A program made the translations under genes and the position numbers. DNA of 64,000 nt from Octopus vulgaris (lineage: Eukaryota), in assembly GCA_951406725.2 (NCBI GenBank), contig OX597819.1:31248001-31312000 (forward strand), written 5' to 3'. Shown here piece by piece: positions 39,387-51,588 of this stretch. Within the stretch, counting starts at the first letter, position 1. Each line of letters opens with the position of its first letter. Below the pieces are notes generated by a model. That model worked only from the letters and a program-made list of their open reading frames with translations, did no database searches and was not told where the DNA came from.

Positions 39387-42300
39387 GATTTGATTTGATT
39401 TAGTTTCAGCTCATGAGCTGTGGTCATGCTGGGACACCGCCATTTGGTGTTGCTACATAATTTTACTTTATGGATGCTTTTTAGGAATTGACATTTGATG
39501 CATGAGGGAGTTTGATGTTGCTGCCCTCATCTGCACCTCCTGCCGTGAAGTTGGCTCAACTGGGACACTTTACTGTAAGAGGTCCAGTTTTTATTTTGAA
39601 GACACTTAAATCCACCCCATGCAGGTCTCTCAGGTCCTTCGGGAGGATATTGAAGAGCTGTAGTCCTCTGGAGCCCAGGCTCTAGCAGTATCTTGTCCTA
39701 TATCTTGATGGAAAATTTGGAGTCCTTGGCACTATGCAGTGGTGCCCAGTTCTAGTATTTGTGTAACTCTCGATTCCAAAGTTTGGGACAAGTCCCTCCA
39801 GGATCTTCCAGATGTATATTATAGCATATCTTTCTTGCCTACGCTCTAAGGAATAGAGTCTTTCCCAGTAGCTTATATGCTGTGTAGAGGCTATCTTCTT
39901 TGTGTATCTTCGTTGGATTGCCCCAAGTTCTGAGATTATATTGACACTGGTTGGTGACCATAGCTAAGAGCAATAGTCAAAGTGGCTTGGGACCATCATG
40001 GTTTCCTAATCTCTTGTTCTAAAAGTTTTAAGAATCATCCGGTCAGCCGCCTGTATTTCATTGTCAATTTAGCAACATGCACATGGAAGGATGCATCATT
40101 ACTCATGTAAATATCCAAGTCTTGCACTGACTGTGCCTCTGGGATTGCAATCCCTCCAGGTCCAGTGTATTTAAATGGTATTGCATTTAGTTTTGCATGC
40201 TGATAGAATAAGGTTAGAAACTTTTCAGCATTAAACTGCATGCTGTTCTTTTCAGCCCACTTGTATATTTTGTCCAGCTCACATTGCAGGTGCATAGTGT
40301 CTTCATCTGCATAACTTGTGATCGTGGCTTTCTGTGTGGATGAGGGCATGTCTGAGAAGGCCATTATGAACAGTAGTGGTCCCAAAATTGCCTTGCGGAG
40401 CACCACTCACTATTTGCGTGTCATTGGAGGTGGCCCCATTGGCTACGACCACCTGACTTGTATCCTTCATAAAATCATGAAGCCATTCTCCCAATTTTCC
40501 AACTCTGCTGAGATCATGCAGTTTGTGACATCATTCCATGATCAACTTTATCAAAGGCCTTTGCGAAGTTGAGATATATCACTTCCACATTTGAGTGGTT
40601 GAGCAGCTGTTTCAGCACCCAATCATAGTATTGTAAGAGCTGAGTCAGGCAGCTTCTTCATGGTCGGAAACCATGTTGGGTGTCAGTCAGCAAGTAATTT
40701 TCTTCAAGGAAGGTGATTAGTTTTCTTCTGACTATTCATTCCATGACCCTGCTGATGTGCGAGTCAGAGAGATAGGTCTGTAGTTCTTGGCCTCTGCTCT
40801 GCTACTTCCTTTATGAATAGGGTATATTTTACCCTCCTTCAGTTTTCTTGGAAGTTTGCCAGTTGCAAGGAAGGTCTGAAAGAGGGACTGCAGTGGCCTT
40901 GCTAGGACTTGCTTACATGCTTTTTGAAGGATTGCTGGGAATCCGTCAGGACCAGTAGCTGAGTTTGGGTTCATTTCATCTATAGCCCTTATTGCATTGT
41001 CTTCCTTTATATTGATGTAATCAATCATCACTGCCTCTGTTTTTATATCTGCAGTGGTAAAAAAAAGTCAGTTGGATTGCTAACTTGCAAGTGTCTTAGG
41101 AGTGGAGTGAAAATACTCTTGAATTACTCATTTAGTATTTCACTTATCCTCATTGGATTTCTTGTGAGTGAACCATCTTTTTCGAGGAGTGGCCCTATCC
41201 TGCTGTGCACTGAAGCTGTTTCTTTGGCAAACTTGTAGAGAGCTCTGGGGTTAGATTTTATATTGTCTATAGCTCAGGCTTCTTTGTCTGTTCTTTCTTT
41301 TTCGTGGGAGAGTTGCAGAATTTTTTTCAATCTCCATCAGTTGTATTTTCAGGTGTATTTTCAGGTGTATTTTCAGTTGTATTTTCAGTTTGTTTGTTTA
41401 GGTGATTTGAAAATTTTGTGTGCTGTCTCATAAGAATTTTCCTCTCCCTGGGGATTTTGTTCTTGTGTACAGTGGCCTTTCTCTCCGGGACACATTTGTA
41501 GCATATGGCTTGCATTACAGACCTGAATTATTGAAGTTTCATGTTGGTGTCTGGTGAGGAGAGACATTTAGGCCTGTTTTGTTTGAGGATCTCTTTCTCA
41601 ATTTGTCTCCAGTTTGCCTTATGGAAGTTCAAGCTGGAAAGATTTTGAGAGTTTCTTGTAGGCTGCATGTCCATGGTTTCCTTTGGTCTGTACATGGTCA
41701 GCTCTACTATGTTGTGATCCAAGAGTAGCGTCGGTGTCACTTTCACATTATGGAAGAGATCCATATTTGTGAAGCAGAGATCCAGTATGTTACCTGCCTT
41801 GGTTGGTTGGAGCACAATTTGTTCCATGTACAAAGTGTTGATGAGGTTCAGGAGGGACTTCACCTGTTCTTGTTCGCATCGTGCCATTCCTGGGAGAGAA
41901 AGGCCCTCAGGCCATCTGACATTTGGCAGATTGAAGTCTCCCATAAGAAGTATACTTATGTGTTGTTCTAATTAATGTAACTAGAACTTCTGTTTTTGTA
42001 AGGCAGTCTTCAAACTTGCCTACATGATTTGGAGTGTCTGGAGGGTGATATATAGCACGCATAACTACACCGACTTGCCTTATATGTACAATTAGTGTGT
42101 CACATACTGAATCTGAGTGTGACAAAAGGACCTGGGGTGTGAGGTCTTCACAGATGTACATAGCAATTCCACCATGACTCCTTTCTTTTCTGTCGATCGT
42201 AATACAACATACTGTGGTATGTGTATTTCTGCATTTGCTATATCTGGTTTCAGGTGTGTTTCCGTAAGTGCTATGCATAAGGCTTGATTTCATGCAACAA

Positions 42301-42550
42301 GATCTCTCAGGAAAAGAATTTTTGTCCTGTTATTAAGTGTTAACAGTGCTCTGATGTTCAGTAAGAGCACCGATGTGATGTCTGTGTTGTTGCCAGTGGT
42401 GCCCACCTTGGGTCTATTTGCTGTGGTGGTCTTGTTTATTGGGAATAGTCCCATCTGTGAGATTAATGTAGTCAGGTCAGCTGCTGTACAAGCTTCTGTG
42501 CCATGAAGAAAAAAAGAATAAAAAGATTGTTGAAGATGGATGTCCATTTC
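39386..42550 (-). mobile_element. Near full-length ORF2 relic of a CR1-group LINE (APE + RT), antisense in the PHKG intron
   Basis: Frameshifted ORFs: LLNIR.L; SHGGIAMY; MGDFNLP..GNILDLCFTN; SATGPDGFPA..NYRPISLT; SGAPQG/ILGPLLF..ITSYAD; (TCAAA)n tail at ~39386. Confidence 0.9.
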
Positions 42551-42702
42551 CAATATTTTCTGAAAACATGACTAGCTTTAGGAAAATATTACCTTGCTTG
42601 GAAATTGGTAAGGATTGGTGACAGGATGAGCATCTGGCTGTAGAAAATTTGCCTGAACAAATTCCGTCTGATGCCCTATCTGTTACTAACCTCTACATGT
42701 GT

Positions 42703-42752
<50 letters not shown>

Positions 42753-42930
42753 TTTACAAAAATTAATGTAACACATACACATTCTACCTACTACTGTAGT
42801 GTGTTTTTTCTAGTGATGTTCATATATAAAAAACACATTGCCATCATCATCACCCCACCCCCATCACCATTATCATTATCATTGATGTTTGTTTTTGTTT
42901 CTTTTTTTAGGTCCCTTCTGGATTATCAAG

Positions 42931-42981
42931 ATGCCTTCCACCAGGTGTTGGGTTGACATGAACTGGTTTTCAGTCCTCTAG
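42931..42981 (+). promoter_or_regulatory. Upstream ORF (16 aa, MPSTRCWVDMNWFSVL*) in the PHKG 5' UTR
   Basis: ATG 42931 and a second in-frame ATG at 42958; TAG 42979-42981; out of frame with, and 22 nt upstream of, the main ATG, inside the same exon. Confidence 0.6.
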
Positions 42982-43003
42982 TTGGATCTAAGTACTGTAT
43001 TTA

Positions 43004-43098
43004 ATGGTTGGAATGACAAAAGAAGAAGATGTGTTGCCCTCCTCGGGAGAGGCTAAAGACTTCTATGCTAAATATGAACCAAAAGAACTGCTTGGAAG
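43004..43098 (+). CDS. PHKG: Phosphorylase b kinase gamma catalytic subunit, first coding exon (partial CDS; exon 42911-43098)
   Basis: Translates MVGMTKEEDVLPSSGEAKDFYAKYEPKELLG(R), matching the PHKG1/PHKG2/Drosophila PhKgamma N-terminus (FY.KYEPKE.LGRG, start of kinase subdomain I). Acceptor ctttttttag at 42901-42910, donor AG|gtgaga at 43099 (phase 2), in-frame stop upstream at 42989-42991. Alternative start 43013. Confidence 0.9.
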
Positions 43099-43288
43099 GT
43101 GAGATTATTATATCAAAATTTTTTCTTCCCCTTTTGCTCTCACTCCACCTGGCACTGCCCCTGGTTCTTTGATGTAAACTTTCTGTTTTAACCCTTTAGC
43201 ATTCAGATTACTCTGTCAAATATAATGCTTCTTTATTCACATTTTAAAAAACTAATCATGAATTATCCTTTCGTTTAAAGATTTCAAA

Positions 43289-43647
43289 GGCGCAGGAGTG
43301 GCTGTGTGGTAAGTAGCTTGCTTACTAATCACATGGTTCCGGGTTCAGTCCCACTGCGTGGTACCTTGGGCAAGTGTCTTCTACTATAGCCTCGAGCCGA
43401 CCAAAGCCTTGTGAGTGGATTTGGTTGACGGAAACTGGAAGAAACCCGTCGTATATGTATATATATATGTATATATATGTGTGTGTATGTGTTTGTGTGT
43501 CTGTGTTTGTCCCCCCAACATCGCTTGACAACCAATGCTGGTGTGTCTATCGGTCTCTTTTGCTGAACTGCTAAGTTACAGGGACGTAAACACACCAGCA
43601 TCGGTTGTCAAGTTATGTTGGTGGGACAAACATATACACACTCACAC

Positions 43648-43690
<43 letters not shown>

Positions 43691-43860
43691 TATATACGAT
43701 GAGCTTCTTTCAGTTTCCGTCTACCAAATCCACTTGCAAGGCTTTGGTCGGCCCAAGGCTATAGTAGAAGACACTTGCCCAAGGTGTCATGCAGTGGGAC
43801 TGAACCCAGAACCATGTGGTTGGTAAGCAAGCTACTTACCACACAGCTACTCCTACGTCT
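43289..43860. mobile_element. Two SINE family A copies in inverted orientation (+ 43289-43545, - 43547-43860)
   Basis: Both heads are intact and lie at the outer ends; the tails are deleted at the junction. Confidence 0.85.
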
Positions 43861-44284
43861 GGTACGAATAATATCTCATGTGCAAAGAAGATTAGGTATA
43901 ATTAACCAATTTACCAATATATAGATTGTATACACTATCCTAGTTGTTGTCTACTATTGTTGTCTATCAGTAGACTGATCTAGGATTAATTTCATCCCAA
44001 GATTACAGGAAACAATTTCAGAAACTATATTATGTCCTCAATTCTGATTCCAGAAATTGGAAGATAGGAAGAAATTGTTTACACTACTTACATCAGTGTC
44101 ATCATCGTTCTAATGTCTACTTTTCCATGCTTGCATGGGTCAGATAGATATCTTACAAGTGGGTCACTGAAGCTGAAGGTTATTTAGTTGTTCTTAGGCT
44201 GTATCTATGCCATTATTCTGGTCATACTCGGTTAACTGCTAAACAGACACTTTAAACCTATCCTCCTCCTTGTCATCGTCATCA

Positions 44285-44649
44285 TCTCTATATATATAAA
44301 TAGCAAAATGTCTGCGTGTGTGTCTTTTATACAAATCTACAATTTTTCAGTTAGAGGGCTCGCACTTTCTATGGTCATTCAAAACTGTCCAAGGGTGGTC
44401 GTGCACATCTTTACATTTCCCCAGTCACCCCACAAAGCCATTAAAAAAATCAATAGAAGATACTTTTTTGCAAATTTTCTATCCAAAACTCAATCAAAAT
44501 GCCCGAAACTTGATATGCCAATTGAATGTTATGTAGCTATATGTGATTGGTCAGAGATTTGGACAGTACTTGCGTGTATGTGCGCACGCACACAGCTGTA
44601 TATGCATGCACTAGCACTATGACCTGGCGTTGCTGGGTCATAGTGCTAG
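44285..44649 (+). mobile_element. Non-autonomous Helitron family F, complete
   Basis: A|TC 5' end (TCTCTATATATATAAA); terminal palindrome CTAGCACTATGACC..GGTCATAGTGCTAG|T; no TSD. Confidence 0.85.
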
Positions 44650-44960
44650 TCATCAATAATTTAGTATCAACTTTTCCTCGCTCCCAAGGGTCAGACAGAA
44701 TTTTGTTCCAGTGGAAATTTCTACCATCAGATGCACTTCCTGTCATCAACTGTTACCTGTTTCTAGGCAAATTAATATTTCCCCATGACCAGACATGAAA
44801 GACTGGAAATGAAGGATATTGCTTGCATAATGTACACACTCATTTTTGCAACTATCACATAATGTCAAGGCAAGAAGACGGTAATTCATTAAATATTGGT
44901 GTGGGTACTGGTGCCATGTAAAAAGTACAGGTGACGATGCCATGTAAAAACACCCAGTAC

Positions 44961-46630
44961 ACGTCTGTAATTCATTAAATATTCACACAATAAAACACAT
45001 GACATTAAGGTCTTGCATGAGTAATATGATGAGTTGAAATTCTTTGATTAACTAAGATCATCCCAGAAATTAGAAGATAAGACTCTTTCTATGAGTAGTT
45101 AAAATCTAAAAGCAAGCATATGAGATAACTCTAATATCACCCAATCAATGTTTCTGGAAAATGAAGACAAGGTAATTATGAGAAGATCCTGTCTTAATAG
45201 GCAACTAGTAAAAGCAACAGGCATGTTTTCATCATCATAATCACGGTAACACACACACACATGCACACACATATGCTATAGTATAAGACACTTGCCTGAG
45301 CTGCTATACAGCAGCACTGAATTTGAAACCATGATGTTGAGAAGCCAACTTCTTACCACACAGTATTTATACAGCTCCCTGGCTTGCTAGCGCTGGTCAA
45401 ACTGTCCAACCCATGCCAGCATGGACAATGGACAGTAAATTATGATGATGATGATGTATATAGCCCACACTTGTGTCTTGTCTAATGAGAGCATGATGTT
45501 GCTGCTGTACAGCTCCCTGGTTCCTGTTTCACCTTATGGTGAAAGACTTTCTGGCCGTGGATCAAAATTCACCCTATGGTGAAAGACTTTCTGGCCATGA
45601 CCATCCCATCTTTTTTTAGTTACACAATTTTTAAGACAGTAGGATGTAATTTGAGTGATATTTGAGTGTTATTTGTTGATTATGATAAAAAAAAAAACGT
45701 GTGTAGTTTTATTTATAGGACATTTAAGTGGATTTTGGCAAATTAGTGGAGGCACATGGCCTAGTGGTTATAGCAGCATTTCAAAACAACCAATGAATGA
45801 CTAAACAAAATGATAAGTCATAACAGTTTTTTTTTTCCAGCTCATAATTGATATTTTAAAATATTGTAATTGTTACATTCTGTATAGTTAAATCAGATTA
45901 GTTACAACATGTTTTAATCTAAATCATTAAATAGAAAATAGTGGAACGAAACAGACTGCTGTCACCATAGATTTTTGAATTATGTTAAATGAGAAACCAA
46001 ACCTTTTTAGTTTCTTGCAGAATGAGAATTGGTGCTGTACATGTGCCAACTTTGCTATTTAAGTGGGTGGCTATTTGGGAAATCCACCCAAGATCTAGTA
46101 ACATGGTACCTAAACTACCTGTTTTGAAACTAGCCCACACACAATTGTGAAAAAGTTTGGCACTTTGCCTTATGTGCTAGCTTTATGCCTAGTTTCAGTT
46201 TTCTCTGGCATTTCAAAACAACCAATGAATGACTAAACAAAATGATAAGTCATAACAGTTTTTTTTTTTTCCAGCTCATAATTGATATTTTAAAATATCG
46301 TAATTGTTACATTCTGTATAGTTAAATCAGATTAGCTAAATCTGATAAATGATCATTGTTCTTTTTTGGTCATATTAGATTTAGAATGGAATTAATTTAT
46401 TCCTCTATACTATTTGAACAATAGTTAATCACATACCTAATTAATTAATAGATCAGCTACATAAGTAAAATTTAGCAGCTACATTATACTTTCTGATTTG
46501 TTTTTTTGTTTTTTTAAATTATTATAAGTCATTAATCTTAATTCAACTAGAGTAGCCATTCATTTGTTTGTATGTGTCCTCAGTGAATTATCACTATCCA
46601 AATTAATGATTTTTCTCTCACATACGCACG

Positions 46631-46662
<32 letters not shown>

Positions 46663-46684
46663 CACACACACACACACACACACA

Positions 46685-46718
<34 letters not shown>

Positions 46719-47248
46719 TTGTTGGCACCAACACCAATGCTTTTTACTTGGTACCATTGGTGTGGGTACTGGTGCCATGTAAAAAGTACAGGTGACGATG
46801 CCATGTAAAAACACCCAGTACACTCTGTAAAGTGGTTGGCATTAGGAGGGGCACCCAACCATAGAAACCAAGCCGAAACAAATTATGGGGCCTGGCCTTG
46901 CGAGTTCATGCCAAGCTATCCAGTCCATGCCAACATGGGAAACAGGCATTAGATGTTGATGATAGTGATTATGATGATGAAAACGTGCCTGTTGCTTTTA
47001 CTAGCTGCCTATTAAGACAGGATCTTCTCATAATTACCTTGTCTTCATTTTCCAGAAACATTGATTGGGTGATATTAGAGTTATCTCATATGCTTGCTTT
47101 TAGATTTTAACTACTCATAGAAAGAGTCTTATCTTCTAATTTCTGGGATGATCTTAGTTAATCAAAGAATTTCAACTCATCATATTACTCATGCAAGACC
47201 TTAATGTCATGTGTTTTATTGTGTGAATATTTAATGAATTACAGACGT
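44961..47248. repeat. 284-bp near-identical inverted duplication (44961-45244 / 46965-47248)
   Basis: Direct comparison; only about two mismatches seen. Confidence 0.9.
46730..46980 (+). mobile_element. RTE-type 3' UTR copy (older)
   Basis: Same family motifs and (GAT)n tail. Confidence 0.6.
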
Positions 47249-47351
47249 TTCTGACATTTTAATTGGATACTCCTGGGTAGTAATAAGATGTAAACTGGGT
47301 TGATTTAAGATAACGTATTAAATCACGTTACAAAAAAATGTTGAATAGCAA

Positions 47352-47667
47352 TGTTGTTGTTGTTGTTTGTTCCTTCTCGAGCCATGCCTGGTTCATAAGG
47401 GCCGGTTTCCCGGTTTCTTGGCGTATAGGTTCCCCACCTGGACAGGACGCCGGTCCGTCGTAGGTGAGCTGCAAGATTCAGGAGGAAAGAGCGAGAGAAA
47501 GTTGTGGCGAAAGAGCCAGCAGAAGTTCACCATTACCTTCTGCCGGAGCTGCGTGGAGCTTAGGTGTTTTCGCTCATAAACACACACATCACCCGGTCTG
47601 AGATTCGAATCCGCGATCCCTCGACCGCGAGTCCACTGCTCTAACCACTAGGCCATGTGCCTACACA
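47352..47667 (-). mobile_element. tRNA-derived SINE family D with (CAA)n tail
   Basis: Head TGGCCTAGTGGTTAGAGC..GATTCGAATCTC; reverse-complement match to 50988-51292. Confidence 0.85.
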
Positions 47668-48218
47668 ATAGCAATGTATGAAAATGGGCTGCTTTCAAAC
47701 ATTACTAACTCTTGCTAGTCAGTTAAATAACCACTAATCCTATAATGATAATAAATACTGTTTCTAATTTAGGCACAAAGCCAATAATTGTGTGGGGAGG
47801 GAGTCAGACGATACCATTGATGCCAGTTGTTGACTAATACTTTATTCTATCAACCTTGTGGGGATGAAAGAAGAAGTTGACCTTGGCAGGATTTGAACTC
47901 AGAACATAAAGAGCCTGAACAAATAATGCAAAGCATTTCTTTTCAAGCACTAATTGATTCTGCCAATCTACCACCCTTTATGATGATTATATTGATAATA
48001 ACAATAGCTAATATGTCTTTGATCTACCTTGTAATCATAAATTTTTATTCTGTCTAATCTGAACTGAAATGAAGGCTAAAATCTGATTAATCTGAGTTTA
48101 AAATAAAGGAGGAATATAACATTATTTTACTGTGTGTTTCACCTGTCAGAAAATATGAAGCTATATATTTAAGAAATTCTGCAGAAAGCAATCTAAAGTG
48201 ATTTTGTTTTATTAATTA

Positions 48219-48551
48219 CTAGCACTATGACCTGGCAACGCCGGGCCATAGTGCTAGTGCATGCATACGCACATACACGTGAGTACTGTCCAAATCTCCG
48301 ACCAATCACATACAGCTAGCTGGCATTCAATTGGTGTATCAAGTTTCGAGCATTTTGATTGGGTTTTGGATAGAAAATTCACAAAAAAAGTCACTTCTAT
48401 TGATTTTTTAATGGCTTTGCGGGGTGACTGGGGAAATGTAAAGATGTGCACGACCACCCTTGGACGGTTTTGAATGACCATAGAAAGTGCGAGCCCTCTA
48501 ACTGAAAAATTGTGGATTTGTATAAAGGACACGCATGCAGACATTTTGTCA
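48219..48551 (-). mobile_element. Helitron family F, interrupted near its 5' end (remainder at 50317-50332)
   Basis: Match to family F; the missing head TTTATATATATAGAGA reappears at 50317. Confidence 0.8.
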
Positions 48552-48865
48552 TCTCTTATTATAAAAGGCAGATTTTATCTGCCTCCCTTTGGGAGTTATA
48601 CAAATCTACAATATAGGATTTCTTCAATTACAATTTACCTAGCATTTTTAAGAGTACAATGCATCGCGTCATGCCAGGTCCAGTTTTTAAAATTTAAACT
48701 CCAATTAAGCAAAATTTACAGAAAACTCACTTTCTGGTGTGTGTGTCAAATGCTTTTCTTAGTCTGGTTTACACCACACGCAAACGCACACACACAGTGG
48801 GCAACGAATAAAATGAAAGTAAATAGCGACAGAGTGATTTGAGGAAGACTAAAGTGAAAGTATTC
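48552..48865 (+). mobile_element. Helitron-like 5' portion (family G)
   Basis: A|TCTCTTATTATAAAAGGCAG start; shares a TATACAAATCTACAAT motif with family F; no 3' end of its own. Confidence 0.55.
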
Positions 48866-49208
48866 TGTCTATGACGCTGATAGATACATGAGTAAAATGT
48901 ATGGGAAGCTAAGAGCTAAGAGTGAGTGAAAATGTTCTTGGAAGAGAGTAATTAGTAATAAAGTAAACATACACTCATACATACATACACTCATACATAC
49001 ATACATACATACATACATACATACATACACACATACACACACACATACATACACACACACATACATACACACATACATACATATACATACATACATACAC
49101 ACACACACAGTATTGAAGCTTGAGAACAATCAGATACATTTGCAACACATCTGTTGAAAATATTATTGTTCACACACATACATATACATATATACATACA
49201 GACAGATA

Positions 49209-49252
<44 letters not shown>

Positions 49253-49309
49253 ATCCAGCATGGCCACAACCTCAAGGATGAAACATATAAAAGAATAACA
49301 GAATATAAA

Positions 49310-49662
49310 TGTGTGCAAAGTACAAGAAATATTAATGCAGTATATGGGGATTGGACAATAAGCATAAGGCAGTGTCAATGGTGGTTCCAGAAATCCCGAG
49401 CCATAAACTACAGCCTAGAAGACGAGCCTCATCCTGAAAGATCTGTAGAACTCGACAAGGACATCCTGAAAACCCTGTTGGAACATCGTAACTGTTGAGG
49501 AACTAGCAGAGAAGCTTGGATTTGGTCATTCAACCATTCATTGACACCTGTGTGCTATCGGAAAAGTCAGCAAATTGGGTCAATGGGTTCCTCACGAACT
49601 TTCCGAGTCTAATTGCATGCAGAGAGTGAATGTATGCTTTTCTTTGCTGTCATATCTCACCA
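49310..49662 (+). mobile_element. Mariner transposase fragment (same family)
   Basis: STRNINAVYGDWTISIRQCQWWFQKS..SLEDEPHPERSVELDKD..KVSKLGQWVPHEL. Confidence 0.85.
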
Positions 49663-49679
49663 CTACTGCGCTATGTATA

Positions 49680-50316
49680 TCTATATATATAAAACTGTAG
49701 TTGTGTGAGTGTCTGTCCCCTTCGATTTAGATTCCTAACTACTCCCACATTTTGCGGTACAGTTTAACCAAATTCGGGTAGCTTATAGTCGTGATTCATA
49801 TCGAGCCCGTCTGAATATTAGCGCGCGTCTACGATGAGTCTACGATTTTAAAAATAATTTAACATCATTTTTTATTCCATTTTAATGCATATTTTTTCGT
49901 GTGTCGATGGCGGCGGAGTTGGCGTCCACGCTCACACCTGCACCTGTGGGGAAGGGAGTGTAAGGAAATCAACGTCGTAATGCGTTGTCAAGGAGACCAG
50001 TGTTCTTTTAGAACAACGACTTCATGGCTTGAAGACACCAAAACAGAAATGGCTAAGAAAGCGTCTACATGAGTCTACGATTTAAAAAAAAATTTACCAT
50101 CGTTTTTTTTCCATTTTAATGCATTTTTTCGCTATTATATAAGGGAATTAACTCTCTAAAAATGTCTACGATGAGTCAACGATTTTAAAAAAAATTTACC
50201 ATCATATTTTTTCCATTTTTAATGCATTTTTTGCTATTTTTTGGCTATAACTCTCTAAAAATGCTTATATAGTTATTTCCCTTACAAACCCGAGCAACGC
50301 CGGGCGATACTGCTAG
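49680..50316 (+). mobile_element. Non-autonomous Helitron family H
   Basis: High identity to 36673-37236; one extra internal CTACGATGAGTC repeat unit; hairpin + CTAG|T. Confidence 0.85.
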
Positions 50317-50987
50317 TTTATATATATAGAGATAAATCAATTAAAAACCTAACTGGGGAGGGAGACCAGCTTTGTTTGATTTCAGGATTCTTGCCAAAGA
50401 CATTAGCACCTAGATACCAAAAATAGTTACAAAACGAATTTATTGGGAACATAAATTTATCTCTCTACTTTGTGAATTTAAATGTTAACCTCCAATGAAA
50501 TTGAATTTGTCAATTTTTATCTGGAGTTAATATGTTACTAACCACAATGTGTCAGGATATTCTATAGAATTATAGAAGTATTCTATATAGATTGATTATT
50601 ATTAAGTCAGTATTGCTTAAATTATACTTTTAATGTATTAGATGTAAAACATACAGGAGGCTAAGGGTGCAGCAGACACAATATGGGTGGTTAAAGAAAG
50701 GGAAGGGAATTGAGGCAGGCGGACCTGGGTGCAAGTGATGAGACCAGCAAGCTTCATGGAACAGAGACCACTACAGAAAGAAGCAGAGTGAGGAAATAGC
50801 ATGTTGGTGAGCAACTTCATGCCACTCAGGTGTCTAAGATGCCAGAATGTGTAAATGCAGCACCATTCCAGATGTCAAAGCAGTATTCCATCTTAAGATT
50901 AAACACTGCCAATTCTCTTTCTCTTTTAATTTAAATAGTTAACAAGAGAATTAAAAATTTTAATACATGTTGATGTCATGTCAACTG

Positions 50988-51292
50988 TGTGGAGGAACAT
51001 GGCCTAGTGGTCAAAGCAGCGGACTTGCGGTCGAGGGATCGCAGGTTCAAATCTCAGACCGGGCGATGTATGTGTTTATGAGCGAAAACACCTAAGCTCC
51101 ACGTGGCTCTGGCAGAAGGTAATGGCGAACTTCTGCTGACTCTTTCGCCACAACTTTCTCTCGCTCTTTCCTCCTGCATCTTACAGCTCACCTGCGATGG
51201 ACCGGCGTCCTGTCCAGGTGGGGAAACTATACGCCAAGGAAACCAGGAAACCGGCCCTTATGAGCCAGGCATGGCTCGAGAAGGAACAAACA
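50988..51292 (+). mobile_element. SINE family D
   Basis: A box TGGCCTAGTGG and B box GGTTCAAATCT; GC-rich body. Confidence 0.85.
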
Positions 51293-51588
51293 TGTAAACT
51301 GTAAAGTGATTTGGACATCACTGAAGGCTTTTGTCATCATGTAATGCATCTAATACTGGCGGAACCTCTCCTTGTGTAAATTTGAACTCATCAGTACAAG
51401 CTAAAAAATACACATATTAATTACACAATACAGGCAGACATAGCAGTGTTAAGAAGTTTAGAAGCTTGCTTTGCTACCCTGTAGTTTTGGATTCAGCTCT
51501 TCTGTACAGGATCTTGGACAAATAGCTTCTGCTACCACCCCAGACCAATCAAAGCTTTGTAAGTGAATTTGGTAGACAGAAGCAATAT

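Noticed and set aside
50990-51066. tRNA-like sequence (also the heads of SINE families A and B)
   Set aside because: Has A and B boxes but no proper acceptor stem, and continues into a repeated SINE body
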